This document shows positions 13,426 through 27,397 of a DNA stretch of 64,000 nucleotides, in pieces. Both the position numbers and the translations under genes were made by a program. The notes beneath the pieces were generated by a model that was not told the DNA's origin, ran no database searches, and saw only the letters and a list, made by a program, of their open reading frames with translations. Numbering within the stretch: the stretch's first letter is position 1; every line of letters starts with the position of its first letter. Origin of the DNA: Takakia lepidozioides (lineage: Eukaryota; Plantae; Bryophyta); the NCBI GenBank assembly GCA_030704615.1, contig CM060733.1:16120001-16184000 (forward strand), written 5' to 3'.

Positions 13426-15326
13426 ATGCCGCCCGCATGTTCGGACTCGGAAATCTTTGGGCAGAATTCCAGAGGCGATGGCGCGCTTGGCTTAGAGTCA
13501 TTACGGATGCAAACAAGTAGTGCGAAGGGCATGGGCAAAGCTCCAGCCTCTAAGTCTATGTCTGCGATAGCCTATGACGGCCCTGACATAGATGATGAGG
13601 ATACCAGCGCACCGGAAAGAGAGATTCCGAAGGTTCTGTCTGTCATTGCTGCAGTTCTGGAGCGACTGGTGGCAAGAAATGAGCAGGTTGCGAATGCTTC
13701 ATATACGGGGAGCCCCTTGAACCCTCGCAAGCTTACCATCTTCCATGGACTGAGGGCTCCTAGCATCACTATCTCTAAGTATCTGGAGCGCATCTTCAAG
13801 TACACGAGTTGTAGCCCTTCATGCTTTGTCGTTGGTTATGTATACATCGATCGGCTCATTCATCGACAACCTGATTTACCTGTTACCTCTCTCAATGTGC
13901 ATCGCCTGCTTGTGACAAGCTGCATGGTGGCCACCAAAATGCTCGATGACGTGTAAGTAGCCCTGTCAATAAAAGTCTTTTTCTAAACGCTGTGTGCTGT
14001 GGTTTATATGACAAGGACGTAGTGAGCAGGCATTAGGTTGTATTTGGCCTTCGGGTCGATGAGGCCCGGAGCAAGGTAGTGGACCCGTTCATTAGGGCTT
14101 ATGTGTCTTTGCCCGCTGTATAGACAATGCTGTCAATTTGGAGTGCAAGGCTAATTCAACTGCCGGGCTTACAGCCACTCTTTAAGACCCTGAAACTTGT
14201 GTTCCAGATGAGGTGCTGCCTGGTGTGGGCCACCTCAGGGTTTCTCAAAACACTCTGCCCTCTGGAGTTCACAAATTGTCTCCTGGTGTTGTAGCTACAA
14301 TTAGTGTCTGTGAAGGGTTTACCTGAGACTGTGTTGCCTCATACTGCTACATGAGAAATCTCTGCGGCCTCCCTGGAGGGGAGCCTTAGCGACTACCACC
14401 TTGGAGATGACCCTGGTTGTCCTTGGGACGATGTTCATTGCTGTGCTGATGCTGGTTTTCGCTCAAAAGAGCTTCTGTGGTATGTCACAGTTGGTTAGAG
14501 AAGATAAAGCTTTCATGTGGACATATTATGTTGGATTGACAAGGTGTACATGGTGCTGGGCCAACTTTATTTTGCCAGCCCATTGCTCTGATTCTTGGAT
14601 GGGCAGAGGAAAGCACTGTATGGACATGTTGATTCTCAAATTATTTGGAACAATCCATTGAAATTAGGATGGTATTATGATCGCAGTTGACATCAGATTG
14701 TTAGATAAGGTCCGGCTACATTCAGCACTTCCTTGCACAGGACCTGTAACTTGCACTGCACCATGTGCTGGTTGGGCAGTGTCACAGAGGTTGGCATGCA
14801 TGAAACATTACCTGTTGTGCTCTTCTCTGTAGAGTCTCTCTGTGCACTTCATGTGGAATAGTAAGTATCATGGGACCATTGTGGACTATTGTAATATCTT
14901 GTTAACTACATTGTGCTGGCTTAGTTGGTTAGCTTACTCATTCTCACTTAACAATGTATGCACTGCAGACATTTCAACAATGCATTTTTTGCGAGGGTAG
15001 GGGGTGTGAGCACTGCTGAGTTAAATCGGCTGGAGCTTGAGTTCTTGTTTCGCCTCGACTTCCGGTTATCAGTGACAACAAATGTGTTTGAGAGCTACTG
15101 CTCTTACCTGGAGAAGGAGGTTTTAAGTGTTAGCCAGCGCGTGGAGAAAAGTCTTCCTGCATTTGGCAGTGTGCCTCCCGCTGCAGCTGCTGAGTTGACA
15201 CCTGTGCAGAAGAAGAGAATTGCTGCACTTAGCCATGTCAAGCTTAACCAAGCTCATGTGTCTGTAAACTACCCGCGTGCAGCTATCTCCTCCATTATTT
15301 CCAGAGAATCCCCCCCTAGTCGTTGA
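13426..15326 (+). CDS. CYCU: U-type/P-type (PHO80-like) cyclin, CYCU1/CYCP2-like; exons 13426-13952 and 14969-15326; ~294 aa
   Basis: FHGLRAPSITISKYLERIFKYTSCSPSCFVVGYVYIDRL...NVHRLLVT..KMLDDV|HFNNAFFARVGGVS..ELNRLELEFLF. A GTAAGT/CAG intron restores the frame. Confidence 0.93.
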
Positions 15327-17822
15327 AGTATTCCCTGCCCCATCCTCTTCCTCTCTTGATCTCTTGCCCCCTCACCCTCTTTTGAAATTCTGGTTTGCGT
15401 TCCACAAAAGAGGATAGTAGTTTAGATAAGTGATAGATGAAACTCATTGCTTGATACTCCAGATACATATGTTGTTGGGATGCAGACGTTCTTGCCATAA
15501 TTTGCACCTTTGATGGGACAGTCTTACCTGGGGTCCAATCCCTCTGCGATGGTGAGGTAAGGCTGCAGACTATTCTTGTATACCTGGAATCCTTGCCTGA
15601 GCTTCTTTAATGGCAAGTTAGTACAAAGACACTTGGTTTCTGGATGTCAACATGGTATAGTCTCCCCCAATATTGAGAATAATAAAATGGAGAGAAAAAA
15701 GGGGGAAAAAAAAAAATGCGGTTTTACTCTAGTTTGATATGGGAAGAGTTTGAACCAAGTACTCTGAGCAATCAACAATAGGCGCAGCTCTACTTGAAAT
15801 TGGTGTCGTCATTGTAGACATCAAAGCATGTAGTGGCATGGTGATCAAACAAAAACTGGCCAAAGGGTTCTGTGCGCTAGGTGAGGATGCTGTATTGCAA
15901 GCAGCATCTCCTGGTGCCAGGCCTCAGATGTCTTCACTCATCACAGGCCCCCACGGCCATTTGCTACCACATGAGAAGAAGGCGGTCGTCAAGCTTGTTA
16001 AGCATTCAGTGACTGTTGTTAAAAGCTTTAGGTGTATGAAGGTAAGATGGGTCAGTAAGTGGTTTCAGAAAACATCTTCTTGATGGTGTCCTTCTCCAGC
16101 AAGAAGTACTGCTTAGCAGTTTCGATTGCCTCCACGCTTGGGCCATTGTGTTTCTTTTTGCCTTGAATATATCAATGCGATATCAAGAAAGCCTGGTTCC
16201 AGTATGATGATTTTTGTACCTTGCACTCTCAGATATCACTCTCTGATGCCCTCGACTAAGTTTGAGTGAAGAGCTCCAAGAATGACAGCTTTGACCTTGT
16301 TGAACATGGGATCAGTTGTCTGTATGAAAGCCACTGGTGCTTGTACCATTGTATTCTTCAATTTTTCTGACTCTAAAATGATGACAACGTTGTTTTCAGA
16401 GTCGATCTGTTTCAGATGTGAAATGAACACGTTGCCATCTAACCTTGAATGCAGATCCCGGGCAGGGAGAGTATGGCGCGTGCTGAATATGCAAACGATG
16501 TTATGTCAATTTGTGGTGTGAGTGTGCATGTTACTGGTGACAATCTTTTGTATTTGTTCTCTCTTAGTCAGGTGTGTAGACCTAGGCTTGTTAACCAACT
16601 GGTTTGACTTATTGAGGAGTAGTTTCTCTATGCCTAAAGCTCTGCTGTCCACATTACTCTCATCTGTCATCTGCCCTTCTTGAGCAGTGCGACTGGCATT
16701 GTGACATTTGTGGCAGTTTGGGGGCTAGAGCATGAGTTCTGGAAGCAGCCTGTGTTTGTAGCATGATGTGCGCAAACATATTTATTGCCTAAAGCTTGTG
16801 AACAATCATGAAGATTGACGAGCCCAGCAGTTTAGAGATTCACCTCCCGACAATCTCTAAAGGCGCTTCAGAGAACAAAGAGTGCGCACAATGGTCCCTT
16901 TTTCGGTAACAACGTAAAGTTATCCTACGTCATTAGCGGCGTGGTATCTGAATTCCTGATCATCTTCGTATCGATCGTACCCGTTCAGTGCTCTTAACTG
17001 TTGTTTTCTGGAGTTGCGAAGGAATTAGCTGCCAAATGGCATCGTAGACGCTGCAGAGTTACGAGGACTAGGTGATCAGAGGTTTATCTTTCGGGAATCT
17101 GGCGTGCTTGTGGTGAGCGGATTTTTTTCCCCAAAAAGATTAGTCACAGTGTGTGATGCACAGGCCATGACCCGCGAGCGTAGATCTGTGCACAAGACCA
17201 GTGCATGCAGAGTGCAGCTGGACTTGGCCAGAACAGAAGAGTTGCTGCTCGAGAAGCTAATACAGGCCTCAGTGATTTTGCGTAACGTAGAATCTCATAT
17301 GTTTTCGTGAACCTTGTACGTTATTCCTCCCTTAAGTACAGATGGCTCTTTGAATTGAATGGGCTACTTGGGGAAGGTAGTACTGTAGAACAGGATCAAA
17401 CTTGTTCTGGCACTGATGTCTAGTCTCCTGCTGCACAAGGAGGAGCCAACGAGGTACATGAATTTCAACTTTATATAATGGTTGCTTGCAAAAATTTCTG
17501 AACATGAAGGCTGTCTACTCCTTGCCTTTTTCACATGATAGTCAGCTGGCATGATTAGCTGTTTGCCCCACACAATCCTCTGCAGCACACCAGCCTTCTG
17601 ACAAACTGCTCCAAACTAGGCCCCTTGCTGAAATCAGATCTTTTCATTTGTAATGAAGCAGACAAGTTCCCTACCACGAGTCCTGAGAGAAAAATTTGAA
17701 CAAGATGGATTCTAGATATCACATAGCTGACAGGCCAATTGTCAATCCGAAGGTCAACCTTGTTAGAAATATTGTAACTTTTGAGTTTGCTGCAAAAACA
17801 ATATACCCAACATTCGTAGGAG

Positions 17823-18529
17823 GAAATGAAATGAAATGGTGCTTTATAACGTCCGCGGAAAGCTCACAGAGCTTATGGGACAAAATGGAAGAAAAAACAT
17901 GAGAGAGGAAACAAAACCAGAACCCAAGAATGAGAACTAGTTAATGTTCTAGTGATTACAGTCTAAGGGTGAAGGCCTCGTGCAGGTAAGCTGCCAAGCA
18001 TTTCTTATCCTCATAGTGGAAGACCTCAATGAGAGATTGGGTTCCACTGAATAAACAGTGGAATCTCCCACGGATCTCGACGTAGTGTAGAGGGCAGTAG
18101 AAGAAGAAGTGTTCTTCAGTTTCAATTTCCCGGCTGCGCCCTATGCAAGCTGGACAGAGGCGATCCTCCCGATGCAGGTTTTCCCATCTGCCAGTCTCTA
18201 TCCGTAGGTTGTGGGAACCCACCCTGAACCGCCCCAATGCCCTTAGAAGGGAAGGTGATAAGGATGCTGAAAGGTAATTTGGCCTCAAGATTCTATCATC
18301 TCGGAGCACCAAGAATGTCTCTTGATAGAAGTGGAGCTTTGTCGTGAGATTGGGTAGCTTCAAAGTTCTCTTGACATGTAATTCCATGAGCTCTCTAGTC
18401 TTGCGGTCATGTCAGGATGTGATGTCCACCCTTCTGAATTTGTTAATAGGGAAGCAGTAGAGAGTCCGTTGCGCTGAAATAAACTGTCCACTCGAGCATA
18501 CCATGAGTGCCTGAAACCTGTAGCTTTGA
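17823..18529 (-). mobile_element. 5'-truncated LINE (RTEX/L2-type ORF2 C-terminus) with (CATTT)n tail
   Basis: RFRVGSHNLRIETGRW...RLCPAC...ETEEHFFFYCP motif. The minus-strand end is ...AGCACCATTTCATTTCATTTC. The inverted paralog at ~85-110 lacks the insert. Confidence 0.8.
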
Positions 18530-19373
18530 GACAGATTTTGAGCTGAGATTTCTCATGAGCGTCCGTAACCGGAGGAAGCCCTTTAAGTCATATTAAGCTG
18601 TAGAAACAGGGAAAATTTATCAATCCCTTTGTATTTCTTAGACTTGGACCCACTGAGGCTATGATAACCTTCTCTGTAAATTTTTGAGTCTGAACCTTCC
18701 AATGTCAAAAAATTTGGTGACCTCAAGTTTTGAGCACATTTCTCACCAAATTAGCCTACATTCTACCAGTCCTTCCCCTACAATGTTCTTACCACTCCCT
18801 ACAGTTTATGTCTCAAAAATCGTCTGATTAGAATAGCTGAAGTTCCTTTTAGACAGGTTTCTTTTACAAGACCGTAAGTATATAGCATTAGCTATTTTAA
18901 GAATAGGTAGAGACGTAGAGACCAGACTACCTAATTGAGCTGAAGGAGACAAACAATCAATCTCCTTGATGACCTCTATGGTTGGGAAGAGAGCTCCTTT
19001 GTAAGAGCTAGATCTTACAGTTTTTGTGCTGGGTTAAATTTATACAACAATTAGATCGCCTTGGCTTGCACTGCTGGATCTTTGGAAGATATTTAAATTT
19101 AAGATCTACAACTATGTATAGGATGCCTATTGTAACAGATCTGCGGTCTAACTCACAAAAAATAAATTAAACGAAACCTATTTTCCTTGCCCCAACGCTG
19201 GCCTTAAGTACTTTTTGGAAGTAGCTGATCAAGGACGAGATCAACCTAAAAAAACTACCACGGTCGGATTACGGAGATAATAGCTTTCAAACACAAGGGT
19301 TACCGAGTCTGCTGAAGGCAGAAGAACTTTGTTATGTTCAGAGAGATCCTCCGAACAACTAAGCCAACTTTCT

Positions 19374-19418
19374 CTTTCCGCGGACGTTATAAAGCACCAT
19401 TTCATTTCATTTCATTTC
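19374..19418 (+). mobile_element. Extremely truncated 3' tip of the same LINE family
   Basis: CTTTCCGCGGACGTTATAAAGCACCATTTCATTTCATTTC is identical to the LINE terminus at 17823-17862 (reverse). Absent from the paralog near 22670-22700. Confidence 0.65.
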
Positions 19419-20454
19419 TTTTGTGACTTGCTGGTGTATTTGGAGAGATTTTGTCTGAAAGCACTTTGTACTAGCATCATATAGCCATTGAAAATTAACA
19501 TGGACAAGACACCCACATTGCTGCGATCACATCCTCAGTGCCGCATACTAATTTTATCAGCTTAATAAGCAAGACCAAATGCTTGATGAGTTTTCTGCCC
19601 TATTAAGGCTGGCCAACCTATGAAGTGACATTTTAAAAACCAGCTTGAGGACTTTGCTAAAGCACCGGGACATACATGACATACACAGTACATTAATAGC
19701 CCAGCCACCCCATAAGAATTCGTCACACACCTTCTCAATAGTGCAGAGGGCATTGTGCCAGGAAGGGTTGGTCCATCAGCATCTGGCGGGGCGTAGCTAC
19801 ACCGCGACTCTTGGACTGTCGGTCTCGAGTGCAACCATGACCGATCCAGTGGCTTCCGCTTCCCGTTGGCAGCCCAACTGTGCTTGACTTCACCGTACGT
19901 GTATCTGGAGCCCCTCTTCTAAGCCCCCGTCCTCTAACTGCAACCTAGTTTTCTGTGACCTGTTCTAGAGCTGCAGTCAAAACCTGCGATTCCGTTGAGG
20001 TTGAGATTCCGTTACCGTTTATTGGGCACAGCAATTCATCCGTCAAGCTCAATTCTAGTACAGAAATCCGAGTACAGAACTACTCAAAGAATGCTTACTG
20101 TATCGTTGATCAATGGTGCTTGAAATGATTATGAATATGATTACGATAATGGCACAAATTAGATAGACACCTAATCAGTCATCATTTCGTACTGTAACGT
20201 GATAATGCTCGCAAGATGTTCATGATCAACTGAGTCTAAGCTGCCGCTGCACAGAAGTGTACACATCCCGAGCTAGTGCCTACTTGTACTCCCTTTCTAC
20301 TCACATGTGGATCTCTCTTCTCATCTCAAGTGATTGTACATGCATGCAGCTGGTGGTGCAATAATTTTCCTCCCTCTGAGCCCGATTGAAGCAAAATATC
20401 ACACTCTCGAAGATTACTGGTCTTGTTCTGAAAGGAAGTTTTACAGTCCAGATC

Positions 20455-22247
20455 ATGAATACTAGAGCCGGGAGAGCTGTAGGCCACAAAGGCTGGGCAT
20501 GTTCATCGGGCGCCCATGCTTTGAGTCACAAGAGTCATGAAGAGTTGCTTAAGACAGCAAAGGAGGTGGGTATATTGAAGAAGAAGTCTCCCTTCTTCCT
20601 AAAGACGATCAACAAAAGCTTGTTGGCCAGTAGACAACAACCCAGACTGGTATATATGCTAACACCATTCATCTTTGCACAACTAGTTATACTCTACAGT
20701 GCTCCACATTGAACGGTAAATCCATAATCTGAGACGTTGTTTATTGGAATGATTGCCCTAAGTTGCCATTTGGTTGTTCAATCACCCAGACCTCCTCGGT
20801 TCTCTTAGACTCGGCACAGTTGTTTTTGAGCAAGTTATCTGATAAATCCTCTATGTCAACGTCGTCTCCTGACAGGGGGTGCCTCGTACATTCTGGAGGG
20901 CGCACTGTCACAAGGTGGCAGAAACAGTCACCTTGGAAGGCTCACATGGCCGGCAGTGGAAGGTCGACGTCAAAATGGAAAGAAGGCAGAAGCCATTTGG
21001 GCGTTTCGGGACTGGCTGGAGGGAGTTTGCATTCGACCACGACCTCAAAATCGGAGACCAGCTTGTCTTCACTCTAGTTTCACACTCTCATTTTACTGTT
21101 CGAGTGTTTGACAAGTTTGGCAAACGGAAAGCAATCCCACCACCTACGGAGTATCCTTGGATCCATACTGGGGTGGAGTCATGGCTCCGTAGCAATGACA
21201 TTCGTATCCACCGCCGGGCCAAAAGCTTGCCAGAGCGCAAGTACGCAGTCGAGATTGAATCCGGCCTGAAAACATTGCGGAAGCCAGATACTAATGTTCC
21301 ACACAATGTAACTAACATGATGAAGTCATTCCCAATGCATGTTTCCAGCAGGGGTCCCATTTCCGACAACGCGAGGGCTACGGTGGTAATGGAGGGCAGG
21401 GCATACGCACGGCAGATAACGAACCCCAATTTCCTGCTGATTATGAGAGGCTCTCAAGTCCACGGCAAGTCTTCGTTGGTGGGACCTTCTCACTTTTCAC
21501 CATCCTGGTTCTAAGTTAGCAGCATTAGATCTTCATTGAGGAGAAAGGGTGGGGAACCAGATCTATGCACAAACTTATTCAACTTGTCGACCTTGTCGAC
21601 CGCTGGCATACTCTAGAGATAATCCGTAACTCGAGTCTGGACTGCCTAGGTAGGAGGGTGAAGGGGGAGACAGGACAAGGGACTGAGCTCAAGGGCCCCA
21701 TGAGGCGAAGCTGGACTACACCCACAATATCCTGGAAAGTGTAGTAGCTCACAAATTGTAGCCTCGGGTCGGCGACTGACTCATATTTAACGCAAACATC
21801 TAGGATCTATTGAAGCGTTGGGAAAGTGGAATTCTTGTTACAACTTGTTCAGGAACTTACGTCCGTAGTATATCGGGTGCAAACACATAGCGTGATCACT
21901 TCATTAAATTGTTTGTGATCAATTCATTAAATTGTCTCTGATCTTGGCAGGAAATACCTTTCGAATTCGTCAGGGAATCGAGGATGCCACCAAAGAAATT
22001 TAGTGTGCGCCTGATCGATTGCACAGGCAAAATGTGGAATCCTCAATGCGTAGGGGAGCACCCTTACAGTAGGGAGCTGAACTCTCAAGATTGGGCACAT
22101 TTTGCGCTCCACCATGGCCTTGAGGAAGGAGATATTTGTGTTTTTGAGCTAACCCATAACTCTGACTTCACAATACTGGTCCGCATCTTCCCCTTAGTGG
22201 AAGTCCCTGAAACTGTGGGAGGGAACAGCCATAGATCTTTCAAATAA
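20455..22247 (+). CDS. B3/REM-like gene copy 3 (intact); exons 20455-20649, 20876-21478, 21951-22247; ~364 aa
   Basis: In-frame GT-AG splicing; two B3 domains highly similar to copy 1. Confidence 0.87.
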
Positions 22248-22751
22248 ATCTATCAAAAACGACATTTAGTGGTCTCACTTCCGCCCGGCCTTTGTGTGCA
22301 GCTGATCATGAGTACACTTTAAAAGCAGTAGCCAGATTGAATTACTCAGTAAATGGTGACACAACAGGAATGTCAATCTCGAGCAGCAACATGCTTGGAT
22401 TGCCTAATTGGGAGAGGCCAGGGAGAAGCCTAGGTATCAGAAGATCGAATCTGGAAGCCTCCATCTGTCGCTCAGTACAGTTCTCGTCTTCATTTCGAGC
22501 CCTTCACTTTGAACAAAGAAACTTGAAATTTTCTTGTTCTATTGTCATTGAAAGAAAAATGATTTGACCCTTCAACATTAAAGCTTTCAAACACAAGGGT
22601 TACTGAAGTGGCTGCTTGCACGGAAGGCAATGAGAGCTTTGTAATGTTCACAGAAGTTACCAAAAAATTTCGAACAACTCCCTTTTATGACTACTTGGAG
22701 GAATTCAGTCTCAAAGCACTTGGTAAGTACTACCGTATATCCAAAAGTTAA

Positions 22752-25700
22752 CCCCTAATGGACGAGGCTGTTTTTAGTGGGCCCACTCCAAAACAGCACA
22801 TACCCTCACGGATGAGGGTATATCTCCCAACTAAGAAACATCCACAGGGATGAACCGTATGAAAAGGAGGCTACCTACCTCATGCACCTGCTGTAAGACT
22901 TTCAGCCCATTTCACCGTGTCATTAGGAAGATCATAACAAAATGGTAAGCTCTAAATCTGTAGTGTATTCCAATTTTAGAGGGAAAATTTGGTTTGACCA
23001 GGCAGTTGGACCGAAAAAATATTTATTCCTTCCAAGACCCCAACCACATTCCAATTCTCAGGCACCTAAAGCAACTTGCCCCAAATTTGCAAAGCAGAAT
23101 TCCAAAATCTGCATAGGGTTCCTTTGTATGGGAAACAGGGGGGTCAAAAAACACTATTTGCTTCAATTGACCTGTAATTCAGCCATAGGGGTCGAAATTG
23201 GCATTGGAACCACAATTCCAACGGTGGAATTGTTCCTCCTATGATTTCCTACTACCTCCAAAAAGAATTCTGAATTCTAACCAAAATGCAGGCAGAGATT
23301 TCTAAGTAGGTGAATTTCTACTTGAATCCCAGCTCAGCCGTAGACAATTCCGGTACAAAAAGGGGGCTACGTCACCGATTTACACAGAAAACTCGGGGGA
23401 CCCCAAAATCGACACCCAAAAAAGGGCCCGGGAACGCCCGACGCTTTGGCGTTCCACCCGACAGACAACTGAAAAACTAACAACTACCAACCGTCACAAA
23501 TGTGGCCCATCTGTCTTCAAGCTCCCCGTGAGCACCTGTTTTTCCTTTGAATGCAGCGAACCCAAACCACACACCACCCCGAAGACATGATCCACGAACT
23601 GGGGGGGAGTTGAACCCCCCGATCTGCCTAGTGTGCAGACAAACAGCAAACAGCACCCCCAAAACCACAACCAGCAAGCATGACTGCTGCGCCCCTGCGC
23701 CCCCCCCGTCCCCCCAAAACTGTGAAACCACCCAAACACAACGCACACACGCCAACACTGAAGGACCCCCATCATCTCCACAGCCCCTCAACCAACAGCA
23801 ACAGATCCCCATCACCCCCACAGCCTGTAAACCATCACCAGCCCTTCCCCCATCACCAAAATAGCCCACAATGAGCAAGCAGCAAACCCCCATGACCCCC
23901 CCACTCCCAAAATTGCCCATCAACCAGCAGCAGCATGACCCCCACACCCCTCCACTGCCATTGAACCATCACCACCAGCCCCCCATGACCCCCACTGCCA
24001 GTCAACCAGCATGGATACACACAACCCCTCAACCTGAGAAGAACCCATACCCACCACAGAATCAGAGATACCCACGCACACACGTCATCCACAACCTCCA
24101 GCATATCTGCATGCAGTCCCACACCCTGGTGAACCCCCACCCACACAAACATATGCACGCACAAAGAAAGAAGACAGTGCAGCAAGCCAGAATTCAGTCA
24201 CCTCAAGGCATGCCGGTGTGTCTCATTCCAACACCGCCCCAAGACACAAGTGGTTGTCATTGCCGCCAGGGCAGTAATGGTGTGTACAAACATGGCACAT
24301 GACACACACTCGCCGTCGTGTGGTGTGAAGGCACTGATGCACAAACGTGCATTCTGAATCCCCCGTGGTGTCAATGTTGTTAGTGCAGTAGCCCCCTGTC
24401 AAACCATATGCCACAGCCAGATTGAATTGCAAATGGGTCATGGTCATTCTCTCCATTGCAGAATGCAAGATATACGCATTCACTACCTTGGTATCCATAA
24501 GAAAAAAAAACAGATGATGCCACCACTTCTTTGTGCGTAGCTGCAAGCTGTACGCACCCCTAAGCTGGTCTTGCACATCTACCCCTCGCATGTACGTTTG
24601 GTATTGCACATGTGCAGGCACGGATGGTACATGCACTCTCTGGTTTCCCACAAAACGGTGTACAGTCACAGGAGAGGAAGGGCTGCAAGCTGGCCTAGCT
24701 GCAGATGACAGTAAGAATACACCTTTCTTGTCCCACCACAACATAGCAGCCACCTCCCTGGACTCATGCATCCTGTACCATGACTGCCGTTGCTTGGCAG
24801 TCTTGGATTTTTTCATTTTCAGCAAAGAGGGAGGGAGACCCTTTTTGTTCACTCTTACTGTGCCAGTGGCCCAAGTGCCAAGTTTGGCCATGTCATATAG
24901 AAGCTGGACCCCTGTAAAGTAATTATCAGTTTCAATGACATGGCCCAAACCATGCAGCTCGTCGGCCAGCCGGGTGACCACATCGTAACCTTCTCCCTTC
25001 CCACTTTTTTGCCTCTCGCCATCTGGCCCTCCTGCATTCTTACCAGCATACACTGAAAAGTCGTAGACATATGAAGTCTCCGAGTCAACCAAGGCCCACA
25101 CCTTGATGCCCCATTTGCATGGTTTCTAAGGCATATACTTGGGGAGTACTTCCCTTTGTAACGGATCATCACCTCGTCGACAGTCACCATTTTGTTCAGA
25201 TTCCAGAGACTTTTACGCCTATCCACAATCTCCTCACACACCCATCTAAACTTTCCAAACTTACCATAATTGCGACTCTTACGATCTGCCACCAACGTGG
25301 CGTTATCAACAAGATGCAAACAGTGGAGTATAGCCTCATACCTATCTCGAGTCATCACTTTGCGGATGACAGGACAAGCGAAGAATGTCTCCGAGTGTTG
25401 CCAGTAAAATCGTGTTCGGGGCAACTTCTTCATGCCCATGAAGACACAGACTCCAATCCAAGCCTTGAGCTCAAGAACAGTGAGCTCTTTCCACCGAGGC
25501 CCCCCACGAGTGCCCGTACCGAAAGGTTCAGCAGCATAACGATTGGACTCCCTACATATTCGCCCAAGCACTTGTCGCCTCCAAAACAAACCAAAAAACC
25601 AAATCGGATGTGAGCCCTTCATCTCAGGCAGGCAGGGACTAGGTTGAGGGCCAAAAAATGCAGCTCTATCGCTCATAAAGTCAGAGCCTGCGTTGGTTTC

Positions 25701-27397
25701 CCACGTCTTCACCTTGAACATCTCCACAAAATCAGCCGAGATTTCCTCATCACACTCCATATCAACAACTTCGTTTTCCCAGTCTGCTTCGTCAGCAGAG
25801 TCGCCCATGTACCCATCGTCACCCTCAAAATCCTCGTCCATGTCGGAGGAGGCCTCATCATGGCCCAAAACAGGATTAGAAGACCTCTCACCAAAAGGAA
25901 CCATTGCACCAGTGTTGGGATGCATGTCCCCCAAAGCAGCCCGACCAACGGCAAGCATGCTCCCAGCACCCAGAGGCCCGCCAACACATCCCACAACACC
26001 CGAATTCACCACTCTCTTATTTTTTTTCCTCACCACACCTTTGGGAGGTGTTGTCACCCTTGCAGGAACCGACCTCTTTGCACGAGCCAACTCCTTCAGA
26101 CGCCTGACTATCGGCATCGGGCCAGACATCATCTCTCAAAACAGAATTCACAGCATCACTGAACCCCTCCTTATCACCTTCCTCTTTTCTCTCTCTCCAA
26201 CCAAGAATTAGAGCCACCTGGCGTCTAAACAGAAAGCGAAAATTGTGAGGACGAGGGTGGCGAGGCCAAAGATTGGCGAACGGCGGTGGAGGCAAACTAC
26301 AGAGGAAGACAGGAGACAGACACCCCAATATTACCTTGCACTGCTCGGGAGTGCAGTGCTATTTCTCAAGCGCCCACTCCCTTATAACCTCCGCGGCAGC
26401 TGCAAGCTCGGGTGGGGGCGATGGTGGCTCAGGCACAGGAGCGTCCTTCCTCTTTGGTGCCATACGAATCCCTGGGACCGACAGAGATCACAAGAAATGA
26501 ATGCAAGCCCTCACAATGAATCAATGCATATGGCCCATCTTCCCCAAGCACAGGAAGGAATGATGTACCTTAGCGAATTTCGCAAACTCTCCAAAACCAG
26601 CTGCAAAATGAAACCCCAACACACCACGCTCCCCTGCAACCATCCTCTACCACACAAAACACAGAGCCCAAATGCATAAAAGCATTTCACAAAACGACAT
26701 GCAAGAAAAAACGACAACTTGCATTACAATGAAAATTCGGCACGGCACAAGAATCTAAACGCCAAACACTCAGCCCTAACAGCTGCGTAAATGCAATCAC
26801 ACCCCGAGCTCTAATGTCTAGAACACAAAGCAGGAAACGGAACAGCTCCCGCCGCTTCGCCTGGGAGAAGTAAGTCGCCACGACCCGAAAATAAAGCCCA
26901 GAAATACACCCCCTTACGAAGCGAATGCGGGCGATCCACGGAAGATCAAGCAAAACATGCACACAAAAGCGCCAAGGAAATGCGAGATGGGCCACGATTT
27001 GCAAGCTCTAGGAACCCAGACTCTGTGCGCGCGAAGAGAGAGCCCGTTCCATGCTACCGCCACACATCATTGGCCACAGGGTGGCATCCCATGTCCGCAT
27101 GGGCAGACATTCCAACCCTGCATGCACCCGATCGCCGGCATCGGGCCACCGACGCCCATTTTGCCTACCACGTGGCTAGGTCAAAGTCCGTGGAGGGCCA
27201 GAAACCATTGGATTTTGGGTGCTCATCATCACTTCAAAAAATCCTGATGGCGGAGGATTTGTCCAATTAGGGTGCAATACATTCTGTCCGGCGCAGAATT
27301 TCAAGGGCTACGACTTTCGTTCAGGGCCCATCTTCATCCAGATTCATCCAAGGGGCCCACCGACGGTCGAAATATCGGTCGACTCATCCATTAGGGG
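22752..27397 (-). mobile_element. Full-length piggyBac transposon (~4.65 kb)
   Basis: TTAA at 22748-22751 and 27398-27401. TIR CCCCTAATGGACGAG / CTCATCCATTAGGGG (14/15). Internal piggyBac transposase. Confidence 0.92.
24223..26132 (-). pseudogene. piggyBac DDD transposase (DDE_Tnp_1_7-like), disrupted near 25125-25145
   Basis: Motifs VTVDEVMI, YMP*KPCKWGIKVW, TDNYFTG, GTVRVNKKGLP and YQTYMRGVDVQDQ, plus a C-terminal Cys-rich tail. A frameshift and TAG lie between ORFs 24855-26132 and 24223-25101. Confidence 0.9.

Noticed and set aside
18560-19275. Possible Stowaway-like MITE (TCCGTAA..TTACGGAG ends)
   Set aside because: The inverted match is too short and there is no clear TSD.
17823-19418. 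40 bp perfect inverted repeats read as TIRs of a 1.6 kb DNA transposon
   Set aside because: The left repeat is the 3' tail of a LINE. Paralogous empty sites show host sequence resuming at ~18530 and around 19374, so two separate insertions fit better.
23470-24200. Overlapping Pro/Gln-rich and Gly/Val-rich ORFs inside the piggyBac
   Set aside because: Low-complexity C/A-rich degenerate repeats keep frames open on both strands; no recognisable domain.
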